Source: Camelus dromedarius
Lineage: Eukaryota
Direction of reading: 5' to 3'
Length of the DNA: 64,000 bases
Assembly: GCF_036321535.1 (NCBI RefSeq)
Contig: NC_087437.1
Span: forward strand, 13,332,001 to 13,396,000
Shown here: one piece after another, positions 38,359 through 51,339 of the stretch
Position numbering within the stretch: the first letter of the stretch is position 1
Layout of the letters: the number at the start of each line of letters is the position of its first letter
The notes under the pieces: generated by a model
The model's database searches: none
Seen by the model: only the letters and a program-made list of their open reading frames with translations
What the model was told of the DNA's origin: nothing
Position numbers and translations under genes: made by a program

Positions 38359-38546
38359 ATGGTTCTCAATCAGGAGCAATTTTTCTCTCTAGGGGACATC
38401 TGGCAATGTGAGAGGGTGGAGGTGGAGCAGGGGTACCAAAACCTCCAGTAGGCAGAGGGCAGGGATGCTGTAAACATTCTACAATGCCTAGAACAGCCTC
38501 CAATTACCTGCCCAAAATGTAAATGAGGCCGAGTTTGAGAACCCTG
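38359..38546 (+). mobile_element. MER20 DNA transposon
   Basis: ggttctcaatcaggagcaattttt...ggggacatctggcaatgt...gggatgctgtaaacattctacaatgc...ttgagaaccctg. Confidence 0.85.
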
Positions 38547-39014
38547 GGCTCTATTACGCTTCTCCAGAGATAGTTTTGTTTGTTGTGTTTAAAGAAAATA
38601 AGTGGAAAGAAAATACATGCCAATAAGATTTCTAAAGAACTTGCTGAAATGGTTTCAATTGATTATTATTCAAAAATTGCTGGTAAAATGGGACTCCTTT
38701 TTGAAATCTTTAAGTTAGATGATTTAACATCTATTTTTAACCTCTTCCACTGTTCTCTGAGACTCGTTAACATGGCTTTTTGTAAAATGCTTGGAGCACT
38801 TCAAGGAGAGAACATGATGCTTTTCGACATTGCAGATACCATGTGGACATTGCCCTCCTTTAGCACAACTCCCCGGGAAGTAACTCAAGACGCCAGACGT
38901 GGCGATGCTCAGGGCCACTGAGAACAATGCTGTGGCAAGCAGTGCTACTTGAGAAGGTGCTTTGGGGTATTTTTTTTAAAGCTGTGATTACGGTCTCTTT
39001 GGGACTCTGGCAGA

Positions 39015-39408
39015 CAAGAAGCAAATGCTGTTTGTGCCTCATCTAAGTCCTCTTGCAGGATCGGGGGCCCAGTGCTGTGACTGTTGGCAGCTATGGGGCC
39101 ACAGCTGCCCCCAGCCAGGGAGGTCATACCCCATCCCACTGAGAAAAGGCCCCAAAATGGAGGGACAAAGGGGTACGAAAGGAGGGTCCCCCTGCCTTAA
39201 GGGAAACCAACTCCATGGTACACTTCACACTCCAGAGCCCTCCATGTGATCAGGTTGAAGCTGGACTCCAGCTGAGATTTGGCTTCGATTTCTCCCCCTG
39301 TTCTATTCTATACCTACACTCCTCGTCTCCTGAGAGTGGCCCCCAATAAATCACTTTCACAAAAATACCCACTGAGGCCCTGGATCTGTGGGACCTGGCC
39401 CAAAACAC
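39015..39408 (+). mobile_element. LTR16A/B-like ERVL LTR
   Basis: ctccagagccctccatgtgatcaggttgaagctggac...cccaataaatcactttcacaaaaatacccc. Confidence 0.7.
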
Positions 39409-40057
39409 ATGGGGCAGCAAATCCCCGCGACGACGAGGACGCCAGGTGCCTCCTTCTCCATGGCACACTCTCCTCACTCTGCTACAGGCCGGCCTGAAGG
39501 AGACGCAGGGGGCAGTCAGTGCTCAGAATGGTGTGGTCCAGGAGGATGACAAGCTCTGCCCACTGAGCAAAGGACTGCTGGGAGCTTGTCTCCAAACTCA
39601 AACCTTTCCCTGAGAGGAGCAGTCTGTCTCTTTGGCCTGAAACCAGGCCTCAAGGCAATCGGAGCTTTGCCAGACACCCAGCTCCCATCAAAGTTAATGC
39701 AGACAAAGTCTTCTTACTTCATCATTCCTATTCAATTTCTACATTTAAGATTATCAGCCCAAAACAGTCCATGAAACTGCATCCCTTAGTAATACTATTA
39801 ATCATGTCTTATGGGAATCGAGCTAATGGAATGTTATCCTTTTCTTCCCTGATTCCTGAAGTTCTATAAAAATATCCTGATCTTGGAAGAGAAATGAGTG
39901 AGAGAGAAATGTCATGGAGAATGTTAGTTTGCGGCTGTGATTGTTTTTGTTTTTCTTAGAAGAAAGTGTTAGAAATAGACAGTTACTTTATCCTTTTTCG
40001 GTCGTGTGTGTGTGTGTGTGTGTGCAAGCCTTTGCATTTGAATGTCACTTCTATCCC

Positions 40058-40250
40058 TGGGTCTCTAGGCCTCGACACTACTGTGCTGATGGAGAACTGT
40101 TTTGTAAATTATAGGATGTTTCAAAACATCCCTGGCCTTCACACACCAAGTGCAAGAGATCAGTACCTTCCTCCTAATGTGACAACCAAAAGGGTTTACA
40201 GACACTGTCCAATTTCTCTCGAGGAGCAAAACCGCCATCAGTTGATTGGC
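40058..40250 (-). mobile_element. MER20 DNA transposon
   Basis: ataggatgtttcaaaacatccctggccttc...tgtgacaaccaaaagggtttacagacactgtcc. Confidence 0.75.
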
Positions 40251-42069
40251 AAAAGCCACATGGAAGCTGTGATCATGGCTCTGCCCCTAATGCAGTGACC
40301 TGGGGCAAGCTCCTGATCTCTCAGGGCTCTATTTTTTCCTGTATAATTATCATAAATATAAGTAAGATGTTTGATAACCCAAGTTGGAAACGATGTAAAT
40401 TAGTTAATCAACTCTGTCTTTCTGAGGAATTAACTTCCACTGAATTTCAGATGAAGAATGTCTCAAAACTATCCTAATATAAACATTAAAAAAAAAATGC
40501 CCCCACTAATTATAGGACTGATTTTCTCAATGTAAGCCAAATTTGAAAAGGAGAAATTTGCTAATAGGCATTCTGAAAAAGCATCTGCAATTTCCCTATT
40601 TGCAAAGGACAACTGAGGACTTGTAACCATAGCTGTCCATATGTGGTTGTCCGTGGTCCTTACTGGGCAATTTGGTCTAATAACGTTTAGCTTTTGATTG
40701 ACAATATGGGATTATGGCAAGGCCTGCTAGGGACTGTACAGCTACATCATGTCTGCTTCTTTGCCTAATCAGAGCTGTTGGTAATAACTGTATGTGTTTT
40801 CTTATTTACCCTAAAGTTTGAGATTGAGAGTGTTCAAAATCAAAAAGATGGTACTCATTGGAGTCGCTGAGGCTGAGATGGGCTCATGTCTCCCCTCTAA
40901 GCAGGGTGGAGCTGGAACCGGAGCCCGGGTCTCCTCACCTGAGGTCTAGACTTTGCTCAGCACACCTGCAGTGTCTGCTCTTTTGCCAGATGTTGAGGAA
41001 GCAGGTCAGCACACAGATTTGCTGTGGGCTATGAAGCTACATTTACAAAACCGTGGATACAACAGAGAGTCAATCCACATTGTGATGTATTTGTGTGTGT
41101 GTGTGTGTTGTAAGATGGCTGAAAGCTATTCTGTGTATGTGTGTGTGCGTGTGTGTGTGTCCTCTATTGGGATGACCTACATGCAGGGTTTCCATGCTAT
41201 GAAATCTATGGATGCTTTTTATTAAATGAAAAAGAGAAATCCATTTTCTATGTTTAAGCCCTGCATTCTAACTTCTCTAAGCTTGGCCACTGCCAGAGAT
41301 TTTTAAGGAAATCAGAGCCAGCTGAATGGACCTACCCTTTTTGGCTTTTCCTGAATTCTAGATGGCTACGGATTCCCTTCCTGGCCACACTGAGTGGTCA
41401 GTGTTCAATGCTAACTGGTAGATTGATCTGTGGCATTGATCATTTTATATTAAGCAGCATATGCACAGAGTGGTCCCAAGAGGGCTGAAACTGGTGACTT
41501 TGACATGGGGAACCTTGAGATGACTTTCATTATTCCAGTGACAATAAAGCAGCTAAGCTTTTATGGAGATGGCAGTGGTGAGGTCCACCATGAAGAAAGC
41601 CCAATAGTTACTGGGCATCTTGCCTCTGAAGAGCTCTGTCAAGCAGGGTTCTATCTGGAAGAGTGGTTGAATAAGAAAACAGAATACACTTACAATGCAA
41701 GGCAGGGCAGCAGCATGCCTTAGAAGCCATTATGTCTACTTCTTGGACGTTCTAAAATTTTCATCGGCCAGAGGAATTGCAAAGAAATGATTACTCCCTT
41801 TATTCTTTCATTCAACAAATATTTGAATATTTGTTGTCACAAAGCTTAATGCTAGGCATAAATGGGAAGCCGAAAGTCAATAGGAAGTAGAGCTTACTCT
41901 TAAGGAACTTATGAGGTTTTACGGATCAGACTGTCATGGACAATTCTAACTGTACTACATATACGTGACAAAATAAAATGCATACTGTGAGAGAGAGGTG
42001 GTCAAATGTTGCAGAATAACACAAAAAAGTACAATTAATTCTAGTTATAAAAGGAGCTGTATCTAGTGA

Positions 42070-42744
42070 GTATATTAATTAGGATGTTTCAACACAAGTG
42101 ACAGGATACTGTACCCAATTAAAAGTGGATTAAGCTAGTGCTGGGGATCTTGCTAAAATGCAGATTCTGCTTCAGTATGTGTGGGGTAGTGCCCCAGATT
42201 CTGCAGTTTTAATAAGTTCTAGGTCATGTTGATATACTTGGTCCACTGACTACCCTTTGAGCAGCAAGAACTTCTAAAACAAGATTTTGTTTACCTGGTA
42301 TAACAAAAGTCTGGAGGGAAGCAGGTGATTTCAGGGCTGATTGAAAAGCTCAAGCAACCTCAGTAAGGATCCGGGTGCTTTCCATTCTTCTCCCCCATTC
42401 TCAGCATAATGGCTCTGTCTTCAGGCTTTTTCCTCAAGGTCTCAAGATTGCTGCCAGGGTTCTAGGCATCACACTCAGGTATGACAAAGTTCATGAGCAG
42501 TAGAAGAGGAATGTTGTTCCTCTTGTGATTCTTCTTATAAGAAGAAAGGCTTTTACTAAAAAAGTTCCAGCAGCAAACTTCCCCTTCATTTCCATTGAGT
42601 AAAATCATGTCTGATGCCCTTCCTTCACTACAAAGTCTGATGGGAAAGCAGGAGTTCAGCCTCTCCAGTGAGATCTGGGCTCTCTTGGAAGAATGGTGGG
42701 GAGGAGAATGGTCATTTGATTGAGCAGCCACCTGCGTCTGCCAT
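42070..42744 (-). mobile_element. MLT1J-like MaLR LTR interrupted by a MER5-type element (~42135-42270)
   Basis: attaggatgtttcaacacaagtgacagg...caagattgctgccagggttctaggcatcacac; insert gatcttgctaaaatgcagattctgcttcagt...ctttgagcagcaag. Confidence 0.7.
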
Positions 42745-43779
42745 AGTAGGGTTGGGATACTCTTGGCCATGGAAGTCTTGAGGGTCTAGGAGCACCCAAC
42801 TGAGTTAGCATAGGGAAGGGAAGATTGGAATCCATCATATCATGTGTCACTTAGATATTGTCAGATGCCTTAATTTATCTCGGCGCCATCTCCCTCTATA
42901 GGTGCATGCCTTCTATCGCCTTGATCTGGGACACTAACATCTCTCACCTAGAGTATTGTGATAGAGTCCCAAATGATCTCACTACCCCATCCCCTCAGTT
43001 ACACCTCTCATCCACCCTGCACAGAGAGTCAGAGATTTCTAGTCTGCAAATATGACTGTGCTATACCTTGTTCAAAATTCTTTAACAGTTCCCGTATCCT
43101 TCATGATGAAATATTAACTCCATAGTATAGTCTTCGAGTCTCATTATAATTTCCTCACTACTACTGGTCCTGCCTCACCTCCCAGCACTCCCCATTAAAA
43201 GTCAAAGCCTTCGATGTTAAAGAGAATAATAATTTTATTAGGACCAATGATTAAATTCCATGGGTATAAACTCACCTACTTAAGAATTCCTTTCAATATC
43301 TCTGCAGGTCATAAAAAGTGGTTACTGGAATTCCCCTGATTTGGAACATCTACATTTTCTGATCTACTTCACATGCTAGATGTTTAACTATCAAGGTCAT
43401 CTTCAAATATGCCAGGAGGCTTTAAATTGGGGATTCCAGAGCCTTTCCGTTCACTGAGGGGGCAGGAGTCATTTGAAGTCAAAGTTCTTATTTCCTTAAC
43501 ATTACCTTTAGTTTGACTTTCCTTCTATGATTTATTAAGTTCTACCCAAGTCTAGAAGACTTTCTACTTTACTGACTTTTCAACATGCATTTTTTTTTTT
43601 ATTGATGTCTCTGCTCATCTTCTCATTACTTTTATGGTTCTGCCAGATGTGGATCATAGACAGCTTTCTTTCCCTTCATGTCCCTCACTGCCCACCCCAC
43701 CACCAAATCTAGCATGGAGCCTGTCACATTTTTGGGTGCCTAGTAAATTTTCTTTTCTTTCCTTTCTTAGGAATTGATT

Positions 43780-44700
43780 GAACTTCTCCTATCTGGTCTG
43801 GTGCTGGGGGTTGAAGATCCAACACATGGTCCCAGCTTTCAGAAGATCACACTGTTCTCCACAACAATATTAGTTTGATTATTGCCATATTGAAAGCATG
43901 TACATGGAACATTGGAAATGGGGAGGAAATAATCCTTAGGCCTTCCTGGTGAGTTATGAAGGACAATTTGGAGAGGGCGTTGGTGTTAGAAACCCAAAAG
44001 CAAGGAGAACTTGGCAATGCCAGGCAGTATCCCAGGGGGAGGCACAAGAGTGTGGAGAATTTGAGAGAACCATGAGCAGCTAAGCTCGGCTGGACCCTAG
44101 AAGAAGGAGGAGTGGCGCTAGGTGAGGCCAGTGAAATGGGCAGCAGAGATTATAATGAGACTTGTAGGCTGAGTAGGGGAGTGAAGATTTTTATCGTGAA
44201 CCACTGGAAAACAATTTTTTTCAAGTGTGTTGCATTGATTGATTGATTTTAAGGGGGAAGTCAATTCAGTTTACTTATTTATTTTTAGAGAAAGTACTGG
44301 GGATTGAACCCAGGACCTGTGTGTGCTAAGCACATGCTCTACCACTTGAGCTACACCCTCCCATCCCACTGAAAAATTTTAAGTGCAGCATGTCACAGCC
44401 ACACGGGCAGGCTAGAGGGTCACCCCAGCTGCTGAGCTGAGAAGGGAGGAAGCCCGGAGGTGGCTGGGGCTCGGAGACTGAGCCTCTCAGGAGGGAGTTT
44501 GGTGTTCAGGTGAGAAATGATAGTGTTCTGAATCAAGACAGCAGTGGAGGGGGCTTGAGAATGTGCTGTGGACCATTGGAGAGCCACTTGGGAGGCACAC
44601 TTGGCTCTATTAGGTGATGCATACGGAGAGTAAGTGAATGTGACTTAAGAGTAAATATGTGGTGGGTAGAGAGAATATGACTTCCAGGTTCCTTCATTTT
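43780..44700 (-). mobile_element. LINE-2 fragment interrupted by a SINE
   Basis: aggccttcctggtgag...caggtgagaaatgatagtgttctgaatcaag...tgacttccagg. Confidence 0.7.
44215..44365 (-). mobile_element. Camelid-type tRNA-derived SINE
   Basis: Minus strand gggagggtgtagctcaagtggtagagcatgtgcttagc...ggtcctgggttcaatccccagtac (A and B boxes); degenerate TSD ccactg(g)aaaa..atttt at 44201 and 44366. Confidence 0.88.
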
Positions 44701-46066
44701 GAAAAGACCGCTCCCCTACCCCCTTGCTGAAATCGATGCCTGGCTTTTTGTGTCCCAAGGTGTGTGCCAGACGGACCCGACAGCCTGCGAGTGTAACTCA
44801 GCCTTGACTCCTGGTGAAACTCACTAGCAAACGCCTCTACCGTTTTAACCCTTCAGGAATTGAACACCGCCGCTCATAGAAGCAGAACATTGGCCACGTG
44901 TGACTATTGCACTTTTCCTCTCGGGTATGATCTCTATTTTTATTGAACAACTGTCAGTAGACCATGCAGCATTGCCAACAACACACTGAAAATAGAATGA
45001 AGGCAATTACCTCAGCAAAGATTAACGCAGAAAGTAAAATTGCACTTATGTAATGCTCATCTTCCAGGCACTGAGACCAGCCTTCCGCTGGCTTCTCTGT
45101 GTCTGTGTCAGCATCAAAACAAGACAGCACCATCCGTGTCCACGATGGAGGGACCAGCTCTCTCCATAATCCCCTCTGCCTGTGTTCTCTAACCCTTTTC
45201 CCGGAGCAGAGCTGCTCCCAGCGATGAGTTCCCATTGAGATGCTGCAGACAGATGAGAAATAATATTAGCTAACAACATTTCCGCACTCCTCTGGTGTTT
45301 GGCAACTACTTGTCAGTGAACTTCAGGAAAATACTTGTGTTTTGGAAAATTGCAGATGTTTTAGGACAATCTTCTCATTTTACAGAGGAAAACACAGAAG
45401 CCTGAGGGACCAAATGACTTGCCATGACTTCCTTTCTGTCTCTGAAGTTTAGAGGGAAAACTCAAAGCCCAGCCTCCACTCCAACAAGGGCATTTCCCCT
45501 GCGCCCCTGGCTTCTTACAGTGAAACAGGGATAATAGGAAAGGCTTCCGTGTCAAATCCCTAACACCCCCAGAGGGTGGAGAAAACTGGAATACAAAAGA
45601 AGAAAATCAACCCCATAATTAGATACAGAACTGACTCCAGACCAACCAGCAGAAATCTTGTGCTGGCTTCCCTAAGTGTTACAGAAGGAGGAAAAGAAAG
45701 CCTGCGTCAGCAACTAGAGACTTACATGTGGGTCTGATGGAATGATACCATCTTCATAAAACACAAATAATCACAAAAATAGCTGCGATGGAACGCAAGA
45801 GGAACAAGAACAAACTAATTGCTAAGGAGGGCCACTTTGGCATCAATTGTTAATGTTACTCTGATTCCCCTCCTCCCCGCCCCCGCCCCCCCAGACCTCT
45901 GGCATTGCAAACTGAGCTGGCTCATGGCATCTATTAAATTGTAGTAATAAAAATATTAACCTCACTGTTGGAACTCTGACTACACCTTGTCAGGCCAAAT
46001 CTTATATTAGAAAAGTAACAGGGAGACGTGGAGGGTTAAGGGAGATCTTACTGAGAAATGGGATAT

Positions 46067-46245
46067 GGAGGGGGGAGTGTATAGCTCAGTGGTTAGAGGG
46101 CATGGTTAGCATGCACAAGGTCTTGGGTTTCATCTCCAGCACCTCCATTAAAATAACTAAATAAATAAATAAACCAATTACTCTCCCCAACCCCCGAAAA
46201 GAGGTTTAAAAAAAACCTAAAACAACAAACAAAATAAAGAAAAAG
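46067..46245 (+). mobile_element. Camelid-type tRNA-derived SINE
   Basis: ggggagtgtatagctcagtggttagagggcatggttagcatgcacaaggtcttgggtttcatctccagcacctccattaaaat...aaaccaattactctcccc plus A-rich tail. Confidence 0.88.
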
Positions 46246-46484
46246 AATGAGATGCAGTGGTGACTCTGTCTCATACACATGGGTCCTTATGATTTTAGTT
46301 CAAATGAGAGAGACAGAATTTGCCAGATACACTGATGTCACATACACTATCTTACTTATTCTTACAACCACCTTGTGGGTTGCCTATTAGAATATCTTTT
46401 TCCCTTATAAGTAAGAAAACTGAGTCTAAGAGGTTTTGAACCTCCCCAAGTTTGGACCTTCTCAAGTTTAGACCCACTTTAAAA

Positions 46485-47057
46485 CACTATTTTGAAATAG
46501 TTTTACATTTATAGAAGAGTTGCCAAGGTTGTACAGAGCATTCTCATACACATTTTAATCAGCTTACCCTAATCTTAACATTTAGCATCACCACGAAATG
46601 CTAACTTTAACAGGTTTGTTGAGGCGTAATTCACATAGCATATAATTCACCTATTTAAAGTGTACTTTTCAATGGTTTTTAGTACATTAATAGATGTAGA
46701 CAACCATCACTCCAGTCAATTTTAGAACATATTCATGACCTCAAAAAGAACCCCCATACTTTTTTGCTCTCACTTCCCTTCCCCCTCCCTCACCCCAACC
46801 CTAAGCAACCACTAATCTATTTTCTGTCTCTGTAGACCTCCTGGACATTTCATATGAATATGATCATATAACATGTGGTCTTCTGTGACTGGATTCTTCC
46901 ACTTGCCATAATGTTTTCAAGGTCCATCCATGTATCAGTACTTCATTTCTTTTAATGGCCAAATAATATTCCACACGTGTGGATATAACATACTTTGTCT
47001 GTTTTTTCTCTTGATGTATATTTGCATTGTTTCCACCTATTGGCTTTTATAAATCAT
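46485..47057 (-). mobile_element. L1MC and L1MB-type 3' fragments
   Basis: ttgaggcgtaattcacatagcatataattcacctatttaaagtgtac...gcaaccactaatctattttctgtctctgtag. Confidence 0.85.
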
Positions 47058-48309
47058 GGGGGCCTATTCTAGATAGAATCAAAATGTTCACTATATTGCT
47101 AATAAAGCTGATTGGAGAGCATGATCTGAGCTCTATTAGGACTTGGAGGGTGTCCCAAAATATCACTTCTGAATTAAACTGACTTATCCATCAAGTTGCT
47201 AATTAAAGACCTTCCCTTGAGGGCAAGCCCTTAAACACATGGAAGAGGGCAGTCCAAACATGCTTGTCCTATGGACTTACCATCACCAAAAGAGAGGACT
47301 GTAATGAACAATGCTTAGTTGCTTCTTTGAAACTCATCGATCAGGTAATTTGACCCTCTCTTTTAGGGATCAGTAGTGAGGGAGCAAGAGGGAGGACTTA
47401 GCTCGGGTTACCCCAGAGGCAGACCCTTGAGATAAAAGTGAGAGTTCACATAGTTTATTTAGAAAGTCCCATTAGAGGTTTGGGAAATCCTGATAATGAG
47501 ACTTTCCAAGGAGATGCTGATTAGTGAACACAATGAGCAGCACGTCAGACCTGCACTTACGTGTCTACAAAATGTGGATAATTCTTTGTTCACTAAATCC
47601 TTGATAATTAGAGCTGAAAAGTCGTATGTGAAGCAATATTCCAGCCCAACCAGACCCTCTTTCAGCTTACTACCCCAGAAGACATTTCTGCCCTACAGAT
47701 ACAGAGGTTAATATGTGATTGTGGTACAGAGAGAGCACACATTTTGGAAACCGATGTTCCTGGGTTCAAATCTTGACCCCTATTATATATATAAAATCTG
47801 TGTGCAAACTGTTTAAGCAAACAGTTTCAGTTCTCTCAACCCAAAGCCCCTCACCTCCTCTACAAAGTCTGGTAACAACTTACCCGAGATGTTTCATGAT
47901 GCTTATTATTATTATAAACAGTGGCTAGTTTATAATGTGAGTTCAATAATAGTCGTTTTCCATATTTCTTACTGTGAGTAAGGAAGAAATGCAACAAAAA
48001 TATATTAACTCAAAAAAAAAAAGAAATACGTTAACTCATTCAAAAATATTTATTAAACCCCTATTATGTGCAAAATCCTATCGTTATCATGAAGCCACCA
48101 TTCTAATAAATCACCAACACTAGGACCCCATTTCTACATGTCAGGTCCTATCTTTATTGCCTAGAAAAATAAGGTTCAATTTATGTGACTCACTGGGCCT
48201 TTAATGTCTCAAAACATAAGCTTCGCATCAAAGTGTCCCCAAGTGTTCACTCTCCAACCTTCAATCAAATGTATTCTGAGAAGCATTTCTCTAATATTTC
48301 TTTGATGTT

Positions 48310-48790
48310 ACATTAGTTGGAAATTTTTTGGTCCCAGGTGATAGCAACCAAATTTGAACTAGTTTAAGCAAAGAGGCAAGTTTATTGAAAAGGGAGGATG
48401 GATAAGAAGCTGTGGCCGGCCCTCCCAACAGCTGGAGCCAGGGACTCAGCTGCTTTCCCTCCCACACCCGTCCCTGTGCGGCAGCTCCATCTCACACTGC
48501 AGGGTGGCTTCCTCCGCCTGGCAGACAGCGTTCCTGCCCATGGCTTCCACGATTTACATCATGTCGCGTTAGCCGCCAGAGATACCAACCCAACCCTCCC
48601 AGTTTTCTGGTCCAAACTTCTGATAATTCCACCTTGGGACAAGGATTCTCTATTGGGTCATCAGCTTTGTAGTTGCATGACATTTCTCATAGTAATTATA
48701 GGGCTGGGGGATTAAGAGGGTACCCCTAGCATCCCAGAGGTGCCCAAACTACCTGTCGAGACATAGAACCCCCAGAAGGCTGATTCTTAC
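48310..48790 (-). mobile_element. MLT1 (K/L-type) MaLR LTR remnant
   Basis: gcaaccaaatttgaactagtttaagcaaagaggcaagtttattgaaaa. Confidence 0.55.
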
Positions 48791-49569
48791 AGCATGGCCA
48801 CCTTTCTGGCAGGAAGCATATAGAAGCAGGAGGTCTGAAAGCCGGAGAAATGAACAAACAACAGAGTTAGAAGAGGCCACCACTTACTTAGTCCACACAA
48901 GGTGTCCATCAGCAGAAATGAGCCAACAATACATTACTTCCTGCAAATTGGTCTAGTATGTTCAAAACAAACACATTAAAAAGAGATTACTCACCATTTA
49001 TGTGTCAGGGAAGTAATAATAATGTCTTTATTGCACAGATTACTGTTCTTGAGTGCTTCCAAAGGACTATGGAACTTGAAAACATTTTCCAGTTTGAGAG
49101 AATTAATTAGCTCCCCTGTGGAGCAGCTCACGAGCAGTATTGCCATTCTGGAGATAGAATGATGGAGTTGGAAAGGCAAGGGGTGTTAAATTATTCATCT
49201 TTGCCATAAGTGTGTATCAAGCACCCAATCCGTGCATGGCTCTGGTCTTAGGGTTTGGGGGGCATAAACTAACTGAAATAAAGTCTTTGCTCTCAAGGAA
49301 CCTGCAGTCTAGTAGGGGAGGTAAACTTGTCAACAGGTACTCTAACACAAATCAAAACGTATGTCCCAGATAGAATAAGTAAACATGAGATGCTAGAGGA
49401 GGTTATGAGAAAGGGCTGGGAGAAAGTTAAATTGCAGAGGCTCATCAAAATTAGGAATTTGGTCTTTCCCTATGTGGACTCATCATTAAAATTAAAATAT
49501 AAATATAGAAATTACTATGGATTCATTTACATTTCTTTTAAATGCTAGCCTTAAATTTGTTTTGCATTA

Positions 49570-50058
49570 AATAATAAACTCATTTCTCCCATCCCACCAA
49601 CCCTTACCTCTGTCAACTACCAATCTGTTCTATGTATCTATGAATTAGGTTTTTTTTTTTTTGGATTCCACATATGAGTGAGCTCAAACACTGTCTTTCT
49701 CTGGTAACTTATTTCACTTAACATAATGCCCTTGAGGTCCATCCATGTTGTCACAAATGGCAGGATCTCCTTCTTTTTTATAGCAGAATAATATTCCATT
49801 GTGCATACATACACTACATTTTCTTTATCTATTCTTCTGTTGACAGACACTTCAGTTGTTTCCAAATCTTGCTTATTATAAATAATGCCACAGAGGATGT
49901 GGTGGTATAGATATCTTTTGAAGACCATGATTTTTGTTTTCTTCAAATAAATACCCAGAAGTGGGATTACTGGATCATATGGTAGCTCTATTTTTAATTT
50001 TTTTTTTTAGGAATCTCCATACTATTTTCTATAGTGGCTGTACCAATTTATACTCTTA
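49570..50058 (-). mobile_element. L1 (L1MA-type) ORF2 C-terminus and 3' UTR
   Basis: ORF 49638-49946 contains MEYYSAIKKKEILPFVTTWMDLKGIMLSEIS, the canonical L1 ORF2 C-terminal motif; frameshifted upstream. Confidence 0.9.
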
Positions 50059-50259
50059 GCTAGTCCTCCAATTTTTAACAAAATAATCTCAAAAAATGGA
50101 AGAAAATTTGATCCCGTTGCCTAAATCAGTCATATGATTAGCTAGTTCAATAGTTTGCTTTACCTGGTGAGCTCTGGACTAAAATTTGTAATATTGATGA
50201 AGACTGGATTGTCTGTATAATGGGCAACACTTCGTTCAGGTTTTCATTATCCAGGGAAG

Positions 50260-50613
50260 GTCTGATTCCTCTTGGGGCTGTCTGAACCAAATTGCCATGA
50301 CATGAGGAAATTTATGAGAAACTGTGGAGGGACACACGTGGAGAGGTCAACATGGAGCGAAAATGTGGGCCCTGGCCCTAGCCCCTGTTGAATGCCAAGA
50401 GCCTGGCGCAGCCTTCCAGACACATGAGTGAGCCATTTGGGAAGCAAAACTTTCGGTTCCGAGTTCAGTGGGCCTAAGCTGACACTGCATGGGCCAAAAG
50501 TGAGCCTTCCTCCCTGAGCCTTGTCCAAATTCCAGATTCAGGATAACAAAAGATTGTTATTTGAAGCCAAGTTCTAGGCTGGTTCATTTATTAAAAGATA
50601 GTTAATTGGAACA
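50260..50613 (+). mobile_element. MLT1 (G/H-type) MaLR LTR
   Basis: cagacacatgagtgagccat...ccctgagccttgtccaaattccagattc...agatagttaattggaaca. Confidence 0.75.
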
Positions 50614-51339
50614 CCTTCCGCAAAGATTTCATGACAATAACTCTTTTTGCTTTGGTTTCCCCTTCATTCACTAGACAGCAGAGTTTTAGGCACGGCAACT
50701 ATTCAGATTTCAGAAAGGCTCAGAAAAGTGCATTTCCATTTCTGTTGAGGGTCTCAAAGGGAGACTGCCATTCAAAAGTCAAGGAATTTCCTTTACATGC
50801 AAAATTACTGAAACATTGATTTTAAAACAATTGATCCCTATTTCTAAAAATGTCAAACTGAAACCACCAGTAAATGATATTTGCCTTCATATTTCTGTAA
50901 CATTTGTAATATACACGGACAAGTTTTACCAAAGCGCCACCTCTAGCCCAGAGGGGTCACTACTGTAAATGTGAAGGTCATGGACCTTCATGGCCCTTCA
51001 GTGCTAGGCCTTCTTCTCTAATTCATTAATCAAAAGTTAAAGTACAGCTTCTGATCCCTTCTCTTGCCTCTTCTTTTTTTAATTGGCCCTCAAGACAAGG
51101 CAGGGCTAGCAACCAATCAGCTCTCCATATTTAATAGCATATTTTGCTGAGCTGGACTTGACTCCTGGTTGCTACAAAACAAATCTAAGTTTATATCGAA
51201 GGTGACAAACTCCATGCCCTGTCATTTATCCTTTTTATAGCATGGGTGACACCAATAGTCAGCAAGTCTTGTTGATTACGTGAATCAACTAGAGCAGAAA
51301 GCATCCTAGTCTAGAGATTTCCCATGTCCACAGTTAGAA

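Noticed and set aside
46067..46150. tRNA-like sequence with A and B boxes (also 44290-44365)
   Set aside because: SINE head with an A-rich tail and TSD-like flanks; no intact cloverleaf, so not a tRNA gene.
49638..49946. 102-aa ORF with real protein similarity
   Set aside because: C-terminal remnant of L1 ORF2p, frameshifted; not a host gene.
50933..50960. CTCF-like cores (agcgccacctctag; also gcagggggcag at ~39506)
   Set aside because: Only the 3' half of the motif matches; cannot be supported without PWM scoring or ChIP data.
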